Positions 49,565-60,433 of a stretch of 64,000 nt of DNA are shown piece by piece. Numbering within the stretch: position 1 is the stretch's first letter; every line of letters begins with the position of its first letter. Below the pieces are notes generated by a model that saw only the letters and a list, made by a program, of their open reading frames with translations, was not told the DNA's origin and did not search any database. The position numbers and the translations under genes were made by a program. The stretch covers positions 1,852 through 65,851 of the forward strand of contig CAYRUQ010000003.1 of NCBI GenBank assembly GCA_964427595.1, read 5' to 3'. Source of the stretch: an uncultured Clostridiaceae bacterium (GTDB lineage: Bacteria > Bacillota_I > Bacilli_A > RFN20 > CAG-288).

Positions 49565-52441
49565 CTATCCGACTTCTTGCAGGTTTGAATCATTATCTTG
49601 ATCGTTTATATCAAGTTCTTCAGGTGAAACTACTTTTTCAGCGTCTTTCTTCTTTCGATGAAGGAAAGGTATCGGCATACTTGAATTCTGCATCCATTTG
49701 AAGACCCTGAGGAAGAAATTTAACAAGACCGTAGATAAAGACGCATAGATGATCAATATGAACCACATCGGCTTAGTCAGATATCTGAAGTCGATTCCTG
49801 ATATCTGAACAGAGAAGTTCCAATAGAGGCTTGAATCTGTATAAGGATTAGCTGAGAAAGCAGGTATGAAAGGCATAGCGAAGACTAGTAAGAAGAAGAG
49901 TAAGATAACGACAGCGAATAATATCGCCCTAAATCGATTGAGTGGTTGACAACAATTAAACACCATCGCTAGTGCGACTACCGCCATCGTGATGGAACAG
50001 AAGGTGGTGAAACTGTTATTAGCATAATCAGAATTAGTCGATAGCTCTAAGAAACCACCAGAATCGATATTCCTAAATATGTAATTTAACCCTATACATA
50101 GAATCAAACATAGTGCAGCTGGTATCGCCCTTGCGAAGGTATTCCTTAGGAAGTGACCAGTGATCAGTTGGTTGTTCTTTTGAATCGATAAGACTAAAGA
50201 AGGGATACCGATAGCGACTATCTCAGTGATCAAGATGTTGTTGGTTTCAAAGGGATAATTGATACCAGAACCACCGATGAAAGTCAGTAACACGATGATG
50301 GTGAAGACGATTGTGAACATCGTTTTCATCAGATACAAAGAGGATGAGCGTTGGATGTTGTTGACAACTCTTCTTCCTTCTTGAACGACCGCAGGCATAG
50401 AAGCGAAGTTAGAATCAAGAAGGACGAGATGGGCGGTGTTTCTAGCAGCAGCTGATCCAGTAGCCATAGCGATAGAACAATCAGCATTTTTCATCGCTAA
50501 GATATCATTGACACCATCACCAGTCATACCGACTGTATATTGTCTATTCTTTAGTTCCTTGATGATAGCAGCTTTCTGCTCGGGTGAGACACGACCGAAG
50601 ACTGTGTATTGATCGACGATTTCTTGAACTTCTCTTGTTGATAATCCTTCTAAAGAGATACATTTCTCAGCATCAGGAACTCCGCATTTTTTAGCGATTT
50701 CAGAAGCGGTAAGCGGGTTATCGCCAGAGATGATTTTGATTTGAACATCGTTCTCACAGAACCATTTGATGGTGGAAGGAGCTTCCGGTCTGATGTGATC
50801 TTCTAAGGTGAAGACCGCCACTGGTGATAGTCTTCCTTTTATCTCACCATCGACAATATCTTTCTCAGTTTTACACATCATGATGACACGATAGCCTTTG
50901 GATTGTTTCTTCGTGATGTAGTTAGCGATGACTCTCTCTTTGTTTTTATAAATGAACTCAGGAGCTCCTAAGACATAGGTTCCATATTCGTAGAAAGTGA
51001 CCGCTGAATACTTTCTTGCTGATGAGAAAGGAATAGAGGTTTTGACTTTATAATCGTTTTTTAACGGGTATCTCTTTGATAAAGCGATAGAAGTCTGATT
51101 TGATTCTCTGAAGGCGTTAAGATAAGAACCCATCGTTTTGTTTAAATCAACACTAGAATCGATGACTAAGACTTCATCAACCTTCATCGTTCCATCAGTT
51201 AAAGTTCCCGTCTTATCAAGACAGAGAACATTGACTCTCGCTAACATTTCAATACAGTAGAGATCTTGAACAAGTGTCTTTTTCTTAGAAAGATTGATGA
51301 CTCCGACTGCCAGAGCTACTGAGGTGAGAAGATACATGCCAGATGGGATCATACCGACGACACTACCTGCTGTTCTAGACATCGTCTCAGAAGCGATAAG
51401 CCAGTTAGATAAACCAGCGAAAGAAGAACTGTTAGAAACGTTGAACCACTGGGTCACAAAGGTAGCAATTCCTAAAGGAATGATGATGATGGCAATTACT
51501 CTAATTATCAAATTTAACGACCTAACTAACTCTGATTTGGGTTTTGAATATTCTTTCGCTTTTGCTTGAATACCAGAGGCATAGTTATAATCGCCGACTT
51601 TATTTGCTTGAACGATAGCAGAACCTGAAACGACAAAAGAACCCGCATAGATGAAATCACCCGTATTCTTCTTAATCGGTAGAGATTCACCAGTTAAAAG
51701 AGATTCATTAACTTCTATTGAACCTTGTTTGACGATTGAATCAGTCGGTATCTGATCACCAGTTGCGAGAGTGTAAATATCATCTAAGACGATCTCTTCA
51801 ACCGGGATAGTAGTCTTCTTTCCGTCTCTGATGACATTGAGATTCATCGCTGTGACCAGCTTTAATTTATCGATCGTGTTTTTAGCTTTGATCTCTTGTA
51901 TCGTTCCTATCAGAGTATTGATAACAGCTACTAATAAGAAATAAGTGGATGTTATTTTTCCAAATATCCATAAAGCGATCGCAATCAATAAAAGAAGCAT
52001 ATTAAAGAAAGTGAAGACATTTGAGATGACGATTTGAGATACGCTCTTACCAGTATGAGTTTTAATCTGATTAGTAAGACCTTCCGCTTTTCTAGCTTGG
52101 ACTTGTTTCTCAGTTAAACCCTCATTTAAAGACGGGTTATATCTCTCAACATCTCTGATATCGATGTCCTTTAGATTCTTAGAAGCAGGGTCTATCTTGA
52201 TCTCTTCAGCAGGTGTTGGCTTTGGTTTGGGTTTTGATTCAGGTTCAGGTGTCATCTGCTCATTTAAAACTTCCACCTTCTCTGCAGAGGTGTCTTGGGT
52301 TGAAGACTTACTTCTTCTTTTTCTCTTGCTAGTTTGAACTATAGCTTCTGAAGGTTGAACTGTTTCTTCAACTTCACTTGAAGAAGCTTCAGTCTTCTCG
52401 ATTTCTTGACTAGTTTGTTCTTTGCTTCTTTTCCTACTCAT
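49565..52441 (-). CDS. Cation-transporting P-type ATPase of uncertain specificity, with a low-complexity N-terminal extension of about 100 aa
   Basis: [26 protein letters not shown]4 reads MIPSGMYLL rather than PEGL or CPC. Start overlaps the tdk stop by 8 nt. Confidence 0.9.
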   Translation of the reverse strand: MSRKRSKEQTSQEIEKTEASSSEVEETVQPSEAIVQTSKRKRRSKSSTQDTSAEKVEVLNEQMTPEPESKPKPKPTPAEEIKIDPASKNLKDIDIRDVERYNPSLNEGLTEKQVQARKAEGLTNQIKTHTGKSVSQIVISNVFTFFNMLLLLIAIALWIFGKITSTYFLLVAVINTLIGTIQEIKAKNTIDKLKLVTAMNLNVIRDGKKTTIPVEEIVLDDIYTLATGDQIPTDSIVKQGSIEVNESLLTGESLPIKKNTGDFIYAGSFVVSGSAIVQANKVGDYNYASGIQAKAKEYSKPKSELVRSLNLIIRVIAIIIIPLGIATFVTQWFNVSNSSSFAGLSNWLIASETMSRTAGSVVGMIPSGMYLLTSVALAVGVINLSKKKTLVQDLYCIEMLARVNVLCLDKTGTLTDGTMKVDEVLVIDSSVDLNKTMGSYLNAFRESNQTSIALSKRYPLKNDYKVKTSIPFSSARKYSAVTFYEYGTYVLGAPEFIYKNKERVIANYITKKQSKGYRVIMMCKTEKDIVDGEIKGRLSPVAVFTLEDHIRPEAPSTIKWFCENDVQIKIISGDNPLTASEIAKKCGVPDAEKCISLEGLSTREVQEIVDQYTVFGRVSPEQKAAIIKELKNRQYTVGMTGDGVNDILAMKNADCSIAMATGSAAARNTAHLVLLDSNFASMPAVVQEGRRVVNNIQRSSSLYLMKTMFTIVFTIIVLLTFIGGSGINYPFETNNILITEIVAIGIPSLVLSIQKNNQLITGHFLRNTFARAIPAALCLILCIGLNYIFRNIDSGGFLELSTNSDYANNSFTTFCSITMAVVALAMVFNCCQPLNRFRAILFAVVILLFFLLVFAMPFIPAFSANPYTDSSLYWNFSVQISGIDFRYLTKPMWFILIIYASLSTVLLNFFLRVFKWMQNSSMPIPFLHRKKKDAEKVVSPEELDINDQDNDSNLQEVG

Positions 52442-53033
52442 ATTTCTTCAACTCAGGCTTACCAGGTAATTCATGGTGCTTACGACAGCGAGCTTGATAA
52501 CTCTCTTTAGCACCAACGAGGATGACTGGATCATCGTATTTAGCAGGTTTTCCATCAATCAGACGAAGGGTTCTGGTGGCTGCAAAACCACAGATAGTAC
52601 AAGCGGCTGTGAGCTTAGTGACAAACTCAGCTCTCGCTAATAACTCAGGGACGGGACCAAAGGGTTCTCCTTTAAAGTCTAAATCTAGTCCGGCGGCGAT
52701 GACTCTGACCCCTCTATCAGCTAAATCTTCACAGATTTGAATGATATCATTCGAGAAGAATTGAATCTCATCTATTCCGACCACTTCTGTATCAGGAAGA
52801 ACATGATCTAATATCTCCTTAGCAGAGAGGATAGGAAAAGCATCGATCTTCCCCCCATCATGAGAAGCGATAGCTACATCATCATATCTATTATCGATAG
52901 CCGGTTTAAAACATACTATCTTCTTATGAGCGTAAGAGAGTGTTCTGATTCTTCTGATAAGCTCTTCTGATTTGCCAGCGAACATCGGGCCGGTGATGAT
53001 TTCAATCCATCCCTTCTGCAATTCTTGATACAT
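52434..53033 (-). CDS. tdk: Thymidine kinase
   Basis: [17 protein letters not shown], zinc site C..C...C..H. Confidence 0.93.
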   Translation of the reverse strand: MYQELQKGWIEIITGPMFAGKSEELIRRIRTLSYAHKKIVCFKPAIDNRYDDVAIASHDGGKIDAFPILSAKEILDHVLPDTEVVGIDEIQFFSNDIIQICEDLADRGVRVIAAGLDLDFKGEPFGPVPELLARAEFVTKLTAACTICGFAATRTLRLIDGKPAKYDDPVILVGAKESYQARCRKHHELPGKPELKKYE

Positions 53034-53042
53034 AGAATACCC

Positions 53043-54533
53043 CTATAATTTATAAGTTAATAACTCGACACGCCTATCATTTATGATAGCTGTTTTGTGG
53101 GCAGAATAATAAGAGTATTCTTCTAAAACAGGAAGAAGTAGGACAAGCATATATAAAACGGAAGTGCTGTCAAAAATAAATAAACCTCTTGATTCAAAGG
53201 TGGAATGAAGACTAAGTCCGAAGAATGCAACAATAAAACCACAGGCTCTATCAGTCCGTTTTTGAGTGAACATATAGATGATATAACCGAGGATGGCGAT
53301 ATAACCAAAAAGCTGTAAAACGCCCATAATCACGCCTTGATATAAGAAGGGTTCGATGAATCCACAGTGGCTGGTGACTATCTCTACTTCATAATCGATA
53401 GTGACTAGATACTGGTGATAAATGGATGTGTAAGGAACTCTTCCAAATCCAAACCAGAAGAACCATGGATTACTCATCAATAATGCAAAACTAGTATAGA
53501 TATGAGATCCACGATAGAACAAAGTTTGAAAATTAAAGAAACTTTCAATTTGCGATATGAGAATGGTGACTATCTCACTATCTCTAAATGCTGCGAAAAA
53601 TACAATCACAAACACAACAGCACATGAAAATAATCCTATAAAGATTCCTGAGATGACTTTGTGTTTTTGGAAATTAAAAATACTGAATAAAACAGCGGTT
53701 AAGAAACATAGTAACAAACAAATACAAATCGTGGTTCGGCTATGAATGAAAATTGAGAAAATAGTGAGATAAAACATCAAAATTAACGAAACAATATTAG
53801 CCCTTCTAAAGAAAACAACTATCTCACTTATAACCGCTAAAGTTATAAAGAAACCGAAGACATTACGATGACTAGTAAAACTAGTGACATCAACGAAGTT
53901 ATAACCTGGAACTCCGATCAAATCGTAGAAATTATTGATAAGACCATCTGTTTCAAAGATCAGCGAATAGAATGTCATCACCACTGCTACTAACGCAAAT
54001 AAGTGATAAACGATCTCTGTAATCAAACCATCATCATTTTTGATGTCTGTAAAGAAAGCCAGTGCGACATAAAAATAAAAGAGAAAACACACTTCAGAGA
54101 GACATTCAATCACCTTATCGATAGTTAAATAGTCAGAATAAGTCAATGTTATCTCTGAAGAGGTGTAGGGATCTAAAAATTGAAAGACGATCTCACCAGT
54201 TGGAAAGATGAGATATGTCAGTATTCTATAAACAGCGATGACTATGAAAATTGATGTGATTATCAGTTCTTTTCGATGAAACTGAACTTTTCTTCTGATG
54301 ATGAATAAGACACAAAGACCAAGAAAGAGAATGATAACTGGTATAGCTACTACTAGAGGCATAGCTCTATCAAAAGAATAGACGATGCCAAACCAAGCGT
54401 TTGCACGTTCACCATCAAATTCAAAGCCTTTCAGACATACGAGTGCTAAAGCACAAGTAAGACAGATGAATATGATGTGGTCGATGCGGTCTTTCTTGGT
54501 TTGTGAAAAGACAGTTGTTATCTCTTTTTTCAT
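53043..54533 (-). CDS. Polytopic membrane protein (at least 10 TM), function unknown
   Basis: 496-aa highly hydrophobic ORF, 9 nt upstream of tdk. Confidence 0.6.
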   Translation of the reverse strand: MKKEITTVFSQTKKDRIDHIIFICLTCALALVCLKGFEFDGERANAWFGIVYSFDRAMPLVVAIPVIILFLGLCVLFIIRRKVQFHRKELIITSIFIVIAVYRILTYLIFPTGEIVFQFLDPYTSSEITLTYSDYLTIDKVIECLSEVCFLFYFYVALAFFTDIKNDDGLITEIVYHLFALVAVVMTFYSLIFETDGLINNFYDLIGVPGYNFVDVTSFTSHRNVFGFFITLAVISEIVVFFRRANIVSLILMFYLTIFSIFIHSRTTICICLLLCFLTAVLFSIFNFQKHKVISGIFIGLFSCAVVFVIVFFAAFRDSEIVTILISQIESFFNFQTLFYRGSHIYTSFALLMSNPWFFWFGFGRVPYTSIYHQYLVTIDYEVEIVTSHCGFIEPFLYQGVIMGVLQLFGYIAILGYIIYMFTQKRTDRACGFIVAFFGLSLHSTFESRGLFIFDSTSVLYMLVLLLPVLEEYSYYSAHKTAIINDRRVELLTYKL

Positions 54534-54790
54534 TATTTCCTATTCGATTAAAAGTTTGCTTAACGAATCTAGAAATAGTCCCTACAAGAAGAGAATAATG
54601 GGCAAAATGTTTTAAAACGGTTAGAAATATTGGTTAAAAGTAAACGATTTAGTTTGATAGTGCTTGCATAAAATAAACAATTTGTTTTTGTTGTAAGTCT
54701 GCTTAAAACTTGAAGTAGACTATATATAGATTATAAATCTCTACAAATATTTTTCATTGCAATTATGGGAGTTAAAGGAGGGATAGTATT

Positions 54791-55027
54791 ATGGCTGAAC
54801 AGATTACTGGTGTAGTGCTGATGATTGAAGGAAATAAGGTTTTGCTTCTCAGTCAAAATCGCTACTATATCATCCTCTCTGAAACAGGAAATGTCGGTGA
54901 TTCAATCGAATTTGATCCCGAGAAAGCTTTACCGATGCCTTCTTACCTCTTTGCTATCGCTGCTATGGCTGAAGAAAACTTGGATGAAACACTGACTTTC
55001 ATCCAAACGAAATGGTTTAAGAAATAA
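54791..55027 (+). CDS. Small hypothetical protein (78 aa)
   Basis: Strong SD AAAGGAGGG 8 nt upstream of the ATG. No recognisable motif. Confidence 0.45.
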   Translation: MAEQITGVVLMIEGNKVLLLSQNRYYIILSETGNVGDSIEFDPEKALPMPSYLFAIAAMAEENLDETLTFIQTKWFKK

Positions 55028-55118
55028 GAAATTTCAGTAATTTTTTGCAACCAAATAATGGTTCAAAAGTCCTTTTATATTGATATAGAAGATAAATTTT
55101 ATATACAATAGATGAGCG

Positions 55119-55211
55119 CTTCTTAGGGGAGTAATTTAATCTCTTTATCCGTCAATACGCTGATTAAAATCAGCCGGGAATGAGACCGTTATTAGGTATG
55201 AGACCTGAAAG
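55119..55211 (+). promoter_or_regulatory. Candidate yybP-ykoY (Mn2+) riboswitch-like leader of the P-type ATPase
   Basis: GGGGAGTA (55126-55133), GTCAATA, hairpin GCTGAT-TAAA-ATCAGC, and GAGACC twice (55182, 55200). Possible P1 is UCUUAGG/CCUGAAAG. A candidate promoter TTGATA-N18-TACAAT lies at about 55080-55109. Confidence 0.5.
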
Positions 55212-55228
55212 CAGAAAGGAATCTTCAA

Positions 55229-58200
55229 ATGGATACAGAAAAAGAGAATCTGTCAGAAACGCAGGTTGAAGAAAGCTACACTAGCTTCGATAAATCGATT
55301 GAGGAAACGGCAACCCATTTCCAAACCGATTGTGAAAACGGTCTAACTTCTGAAGAAGCGAAGGCTCGTCTTGAAAAATACGGCCTCAACAAACTTCAAG
55401 AAGGAAAGAAAGTCCCCTTCATAATCAAGTTATTAAAACAATTCACTGAGCCGATGGTCATCGTCCTTTTGATTGCGGCAGTGATCTCTTTTGCTATCTT
55501 CCTTTTCAACACCTTTGTTGGAAGTGAAGAATCTGAAGAGTGGATTGATTGTATCGTCATCTTAGCCATCGTCATCATCAACGCATTAATCGGTTCTATT
55601 CAGGAACAGAAAGCTGAACAATCTCTTGAGGCTCTTAAGAAGCTGTCAACTCCTGAATGTACAGTGAAAAGAGATGGAAAACTCGTCTCTATTAAAGCTG
55701 AAGAATGTGTTCCTGGCGACTTAGTCATTCTTGAAGAAGGCGACATCATCCCTGCTGACTTAAGACTCGTAACTTCAGTCGACTTAAAATCTGATGAATC
55801 ATCTCTGACAGGTGAATCAGTTCCTGCTGATAAAGATGCCAAAGCGATATTAGCTTCTGATGCTTTAACCGCTGATCAATCTAATATCGTCCACATGTCT
55901 TGTCCGATCTCTTACGGAAGAGGTAGCGGTATCGTCATCGCCACCGGTATGAATACCGAAATCGGTAAGATCGCTTCGATGTTAAAAGAGACTGATGATG
56001 AGCAGACTCCTCTTCAAAAGAAACTGGCTGTCTTATCTAAGCAACTCGGTCTCATCTGTCTTGTCATCGTCGTCGCCACCTTCTTAATCGGTGTCATCGC
56101 TACCATCATCAGATGCGCCCAAGCTGGTGTCTGGACTGATGTCGGATTCGATATCCTTGAATTATTTGAAAACGCCATCGCTTTAGCAGTCGCTGCTATC
56201 CCTGAGGGCTTGCCGGCTATCGTCACTATCGCTCTTGCCTTAGGTGTCGGTAAGATGGTTAAAGTCAACACCATCGTCAGAAAGTTACCTTCAGTTGAAA
56301 CACTCGGTTCTGTCACTGTCGTCTGCTCTGATAAGACTGGCACCTTGACTCAAAACCGCATGACCGTCAAGAAGGTCTATGTCAACAAAACTACTTATGA
56401 TGCTGAGACAGCTGTCAACACTGAGTTCTTAGCTACTGGTATGATGCTTTGCTCCAATGCTTCCATCAATGGTGATAGATATGGTGATCCTACCGAATTA
56501 GCTCTTCTTGATTACGCATATACCTTAGGAATTGAAAAAGAAGAGACTGAGAAGAACAAGGAACCTAGAGTCGATGAACTTCCTTTCGATTCCGTCAGAA
56601 AGATGATGTCTACTGAGAATCGCTTACCTGATGGAAGGAAGATCATCTATACCAAAGGTGCTTTAGATTCGATTCTTAAACATACTGAATATATCGATAT
56701 CAACGGAGAAGTAAGACCTATCACTCCTCAAGATATCGAGGATATCAACAATGCTTCTAGCGATATGGCTAAAGAAGCTTACCGTGTTCTCGCCTTCGCT
56801 TATCGCTACAACGACTCTGATGAAAGAATGAGTGAAGAACACCTCATCTACTCTGGTATGGTGGGTATGATCGACCCTGAAAGACCAGAGGCTGCTCCGG
56901 CTGTCGCCACCTTGAAGAACGCTGGTATCAGAACCGTCATGATCACTGGCGACCACAAAGATACTGCTTATGCGATCGCTAGAAACCTCGGCATCGCTGA
57001 TGATCCTTCTCAATGTGTCAGCGGTGATCAATTAAGCGAGATGAGTGAGACTGATTTACAAGAGACCGTCAAATCCGCTTGTGTCTTCGCTCGTGTCTCT
57101 CCTGAAAATAAGGTTCAAATCGTCAAGGCTTTAAAAGCTAACGGCAACATCGTTTCGATGACCGGTGATGGTGTCAACGATGCTCCTTCTCTTAAAATTG
57201 CTGATATCGGTATCGCTATGGGTATCACTGGCACCGATGTCGCAAAGAGCGCTGCTGACATGGTCTTGACTGATGACAACTTCGCTTCTATTGAAAAAGC
57301 TGTTGAAGAAGGAAGAGGAATCTTCTCCAATGTTAAGAAAGCGATCTTCTATCTCCTCTCTTCTAACTTCGCTGAAGTCTTAGTCATGTTCTTCTTCACC
57401 ATTCTCACCGCCTCTTCTAGATACGGAATCATCCTCCCGTTAGCTACCTTACATATCTTATGGATCAACCTTCTCACTGACTCCATACCGGCAATCGCCT
57501 TAGGTATGGATGACAAAGAGAAAGGAATCATGGATCAAAAACCAAGAGATCCTAAAGATGGCGTCTTCGCTCACGGCGGTCTGAAATTCACTCTCTTCTA
57601 TGGATTAGTCATCTTCTTAATAACAGCTATCGCCTTCTTGCTTCCTGTCTTACAACATATGGGTGATATCACTGCTGGCAGTAAAGTTTTCGTTGATGGT
57701 ATAGAGTATGAGATCACAGCCGGGTGGGAGTTCTCTTGGGACGGCTTCATGAACTGTATGAACTCCTCCGTCATCGTTAATGCAGGTGGCGAAGATTTGG
57801 TTGTCTATCTCGGTGTTGTTGAAAGTAGTACTGGCGGTTGGGAGCCCGATACAATTGGCTACTTAACTGAATCAGAGTTAAACGCTGTTCAATTCAGCCG
57901 TAATGTCTTAAGCGTCCATGAGCAAGCTCAGACCTTCGCTTTCACCGTCTTAGCTATGGCTCAGATTTTCCATATGGTCGGTATGACTGATATCAAGCAT
58001 TCCTTCATCAACGTCTTCAAAGGTAAGAACTGGATGTTAGCTGTTGCCTTTGTCTTTGGTTTCGCCTTACAAGTCTTAGTCACTGAAGTCAATGGTATGA
58101 ACATGGTCTTTGGAACTACTCACTTAGAATATTATGAGTGGTTTGAATTAGTAGGCTTCGCTATCGTTCCTCTCGTTGTCCACGAAATATTAGCTCCCAT

Positions 58201-58231
58201 CTTCAGAAAAAGAAACGTTCAAATCATTTGA
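55229..58231 (+). CDS. P2A-type (SERCA/PMR1-like) Ca2+/Mn2+ P-type ATPase
   Basis: TGES, TM4 AAIPEGLPAIVT, DKTGTLTQN, TGDGVNDAPSLK; 1000 aa. Confidence 0.92.
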   Translation: MDTEKENLSETQVEESYTSFDKSIEETATHFQTDCENGLTSEEAKARLEKYGLNKLQEGKKVPFIIKLLKQFTEPMVIVLLIAAVISFAIFLFNTFVGSEESEEWIDCIVILAIVIINALIGSIQEQKAEQSLEALKKLSTPECTVKRDGKLVSIKAEECVPGDLVILEEGDIIPADLRLVTSVDLKSDESSLTGESVPADKDAKAILASDALTADQSNIVHMSCPISYGRGSGIVIATGMNTEIGKIASMLKETDDEQTPLQKKLAVLSKQLGLICLVIVVATFLIGVIATIIRCAQAGVWTDVGFDILELFENAIALAVAAIPEGLPAIVTIALALGVGKMVKVNTIVRKLPSVETLGSVTVVCSDKTGTLTQNRMTVKKVYVNKTTYDAETAVNTEFLATGMMLCSNASINGDRYGDPTELALLDYAYTLGIEKEETEKNKEPRVDELPFDSVRKMMSTENRLPDGRKIIYTKGALDSILKHTEYIDINGEVRPITPQDIEDINNASSDMAKEAYRVLAFAYRYNDSDERMSEEHLIYSGMVGMIDPERPEAAPAVATLKNAGIRTVMITGDHKDTAYAIARNLGIADDPSQCVSGDQLSEMSETDLQETVKSACVFARVSPENKVQIVKALKANGNIVSMTGDGVNDAPSLKIADIGIAMGITGTDVAKSAADMVLTDDNFASIEKAVEEGRGIFSNVKKAIFYLLSSNFAEVLVMFFFTILTASSRYGIILPLATLHILWINLLTDSIPAIALGMDDKEKGIMDQKPRDPKDGVFAHGGLKFTLFYGLVIFLITAIAFLLPVLQHMGDITAGSKVFVDGIEYEITAGWEFSWDGFMNCMNSSVIVNAGGEDLVVYLGVVESSTGGWEPDTIGYLTESELNAVQFSRNVLSVHEQAQTFAFTVLAMAQIFHMVGMTDIKHSFINVFKGKNWMLAVAFVFGFALQVLVTEVNGMNMVFGTTHLEYYEWFELVGFAIVPLVVHEILAPIFRKRNVQII

Positions 58232-58251
58232 TAGATTCTTGAATTAAAACT

Positions 58252-58281
58252 AGGTCGGCTTCAAACGAGCCGGCCTTTTTT
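58252..58281 (+). terminator. Rho-independent terminator after the ATPase
   Basis: AGGTCGGCTT-CAAAC-GAGCCGGCCT (two G-U pairs), followed by T6. Confidence 0.75.
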
Positions 58282-58459
58282 AGTGGTAAATATTCATCTT
58301 CATGAGTCTCTACTCGAATTGACAGGAAAAAACTAGAAAGGTTAGAATGTAATAAACAAATTGGACATTTTGTATATTCTGCAACTGGGTTGCCCAGTCA
58401 CATTCACGATAGTCATTTTCCACTTACTGATGCTGAAATTAAAAAAGGAGGCATAAATC

Positions 58460-59113
58460 ATGGAAAAATCTGAGAAAAGAGCTGGACTAAAACTATTCCT
58501 AATCTCTTTTGGATTCATCGCATTTTTTGCTTTGATTATTGTTCTATGCGTCGTCTTTATTTGGGTAGGTCAACAATTCGGCACAAAATCAATAGAGGTG
58601 TCTTCTTATCAATCTGATTTCAAGTTTGAACTTAAAACTGATATGAGAATCAGAAAAGTTTATTCTGATTCAAATGATGTTTATTTTTCTTTCAAAAACG
58701 ATGATACGCTTGACGATTATCAATATGCCTTACAAGAAAATGGTTATGATGTCACCAAATTAGAAGATGATTTCCTTTCTATAAAAACCACTAATGAAAA
58801 TTTCGTCTATTATTTCTGCATCAGAGAATGTGGTTTTGAAGATGCTACTCACGTTTTCGAAAATGTTCCGTTTTATTCACCTGTTCATTTGGTCAACGAA
58901 TCAACAGATATGTTTGTGTTTCTAACTGGACGTTCTAACGCCGAGTCAGAAAAAGAATTCACAACCGATTATGGATACCAAGATTATGTCGATTATTTTT
59001 CTTCTATCAACTTCACTAATATCGACTATGATGCTGAAGAAGAAACAATCATCTATGATGATGCTATCAAGTACACATTCCAAGACGGAAAGCTGACGAC
59101 TTTAAAACTGTAA
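58460..59113 (+). CDS. Membrane-anchored hypothetical protein
   Basis: AAGGAGG SD. N-terminal TM anchor followed by about 170 aa of soluble domain. Confidence 0.55.
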   Translation: MEKSEKRAGLKLFLISFGFIAFFALIIVLCVVFIWVGQQFGTKSIEVSSYQSDFKFELKTDMRIRKVYSDSNDVYFSFKNDDTLDDYQYALQENGYDVTKLEDDFLSIKTTNENFVYYFCIRECGFEDATHVFENVPFYSPVHLVNESTDMFVFLTGRSNAESEKEFTTDYGYQDYVDYFSSINFTNIDYDAEEETIIYDDAIKYTFQDGKLTTLKL

Positions 59114-59234
59114 TTTTCAAAGAAAAACATCTCTTACTTATAAACGTGATTAATATCCGTGTTCTCTCTTAAGGGTTTTGAATTTTATTAAACTATAATA
59201 AATATTGATGCTTCTAAACCTCAAAGAGTGAAAG

Positions 59235-59969
59235 ATGGAACAAAAAGAGAAAATTAAACTTTTTCAAGATTGGCTTACAAACTCAAACAATATCGTCTTT
59301 TTTGGTGGTGCTGGAGTATCTACTGAATCTGGTCTTCCTGATTTCAGGAGTCAAGATGGTCTATATTCGATGAAGTATGACTACCCACCAGAGACGATTC
59401 TTTCTGCTTCTTTCTTTAAAAGATATCCAGATGAATTTTATCGATTCTATAAAGATAAAATGCTCATACTTTCTGCTAAGCCAAATAGGGCACATTTCTT
59501 TTTAGCAGAGTTAGAGAAGAAAAATAAACTGAAAGCATTAATCACACAAAACATCGATGGTCTTCATCAGAAAGCTGGAAGTCAAAATGTGATAGAACTT
59601 CATGGTTCTATTCACCATAACCATTGTTTGAAATGCCATAAAGAATACGACGCCGAATTCATCAAAAATAGTAAAGAGATCGTTCCTCATTGCCCATCTT
59701 GTGGTGGCATCATCAAACCAGATGTGGTCTTATATGAAGAACCGCTTGATGAGACTTTTTTATTTGAAAGTTTAAAAGCTATTCAACAAGCTGATGTTCT
59801 GATTGTTGCCGGGACTTCTTTATCAGTCTTTCCTGCTTCTTCTCTTGTTCCTTATTATCAAAAAGATAAACTAGTTGTTATTAATAAAACTAAAATAGCT
59901 ATAGAAGAAAGAGCGAATCTCGTCTTTCATTCTTCCATCTGTGAAATATTATCGGAGGTGCATGCGTGA
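59235..59969 (+). CDS. cobB: NAD-dependent protein deacylase (canonical sirtuin)
   Basis: FFGGAGVSTESGLPDFRS, QNIDGLH, ELHGS, zinc ribbon CLKCH...CPSCGG. Confidence 0.9.
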   Translation: MEQKEKIKLFQDWLTNSNNIVFFGGAGVSTESGLPDFRSQDGLYSMKYDYPPETILSASFFKRYPDEFYRFYKDKMLILSAKPNRAHFFLAELEKKNKLKALITQNIDGLHQKAGSQNVIELHGSIHHNHCLKCHKEYDAEFIKNSKEIVPHCPSCGGIIKPDVVLYEEPLDETFLFESLKAIQQADVLIVAGTSLSVFPASSLVPYYQKDKLVVINKTKIAIEERANLVFHSSICEILSEVHA

Positions 59970-60433
59970 GACAAATTGATGAAGTTTATTCAAGACTTTC
60001 CGATAGTACATCAGAGTACTATTGTGGTTCTGCTTGTTTTCTCTCTTTGATTCCTTTATGCCAGTATTATCAAACAGTGTTAGATGAAGAATTGAGGGAG
60101 AATTTCTTTCTTCTGATTGAGGCTTCTGAAAAGCTTTCTTATGAGGACGCTTTTCTTTTTGAGATGAGTAAAAAAGAAACTTACACTGACAAGGAGTTAG
60201 ATAGGATCTCTTCTGTTTTTGAATCCTATATCACTCTTATTGAGAATCTCACTGATGTCGTCTCTTGTATAAGTGAGACGAAAACAAAGAAATTATTCAA
60301 AGATACACTCATCTTCGTCTCTAGACTTTGTCAACAGAATGCAGCTCATTTCTTCACTGTAGAAAATGTCCCTGAGCAACTCATCTATTTGATCAACTCT
60401 GCTTTAGCAGAAATAAGGAGGAATTATGAGTAA
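59966..60433 (+). CDS. Hypothetical all-helical protein (155 aa)
   Basis: Its GTG start overlaps the cobB stop (GTGA). Confidence 0.5.
   Translation: MRQIDEVYSRLSDSTSEYYCGSACFLSLIPLCQYYQTVLDEELRENFFLLIEASEKLSYEDAFLFEMSKKETYTDKELDRISSVFESYITLIENLTDVVSCISETKTKKLFKDTLIFVSRLCQQNAAHFFTVENVPEQLIYLINSALAEIRRNYE

Noticed and set aside
55119-55211. M-box (Mg2+) riboswitch as an alternative identity for the ATPase leader
   Set aside because: The leader is too short (~90 nt against ~160 nt) and lacks the GUUAGGUGAGGCU-type M-box core. The GGGGAGUA and GAGACC strings fit yybP-ykoY better.
59235-59969. Treating the second SIR2-family gene (cobB) as a defence effector
   Set aside because: It has the full canonical sirtuin motif set (GAGVSTESGLPDFRS, QNIDGLH, HG, zinc ribbon) and the size of a housekeeping deacylase.
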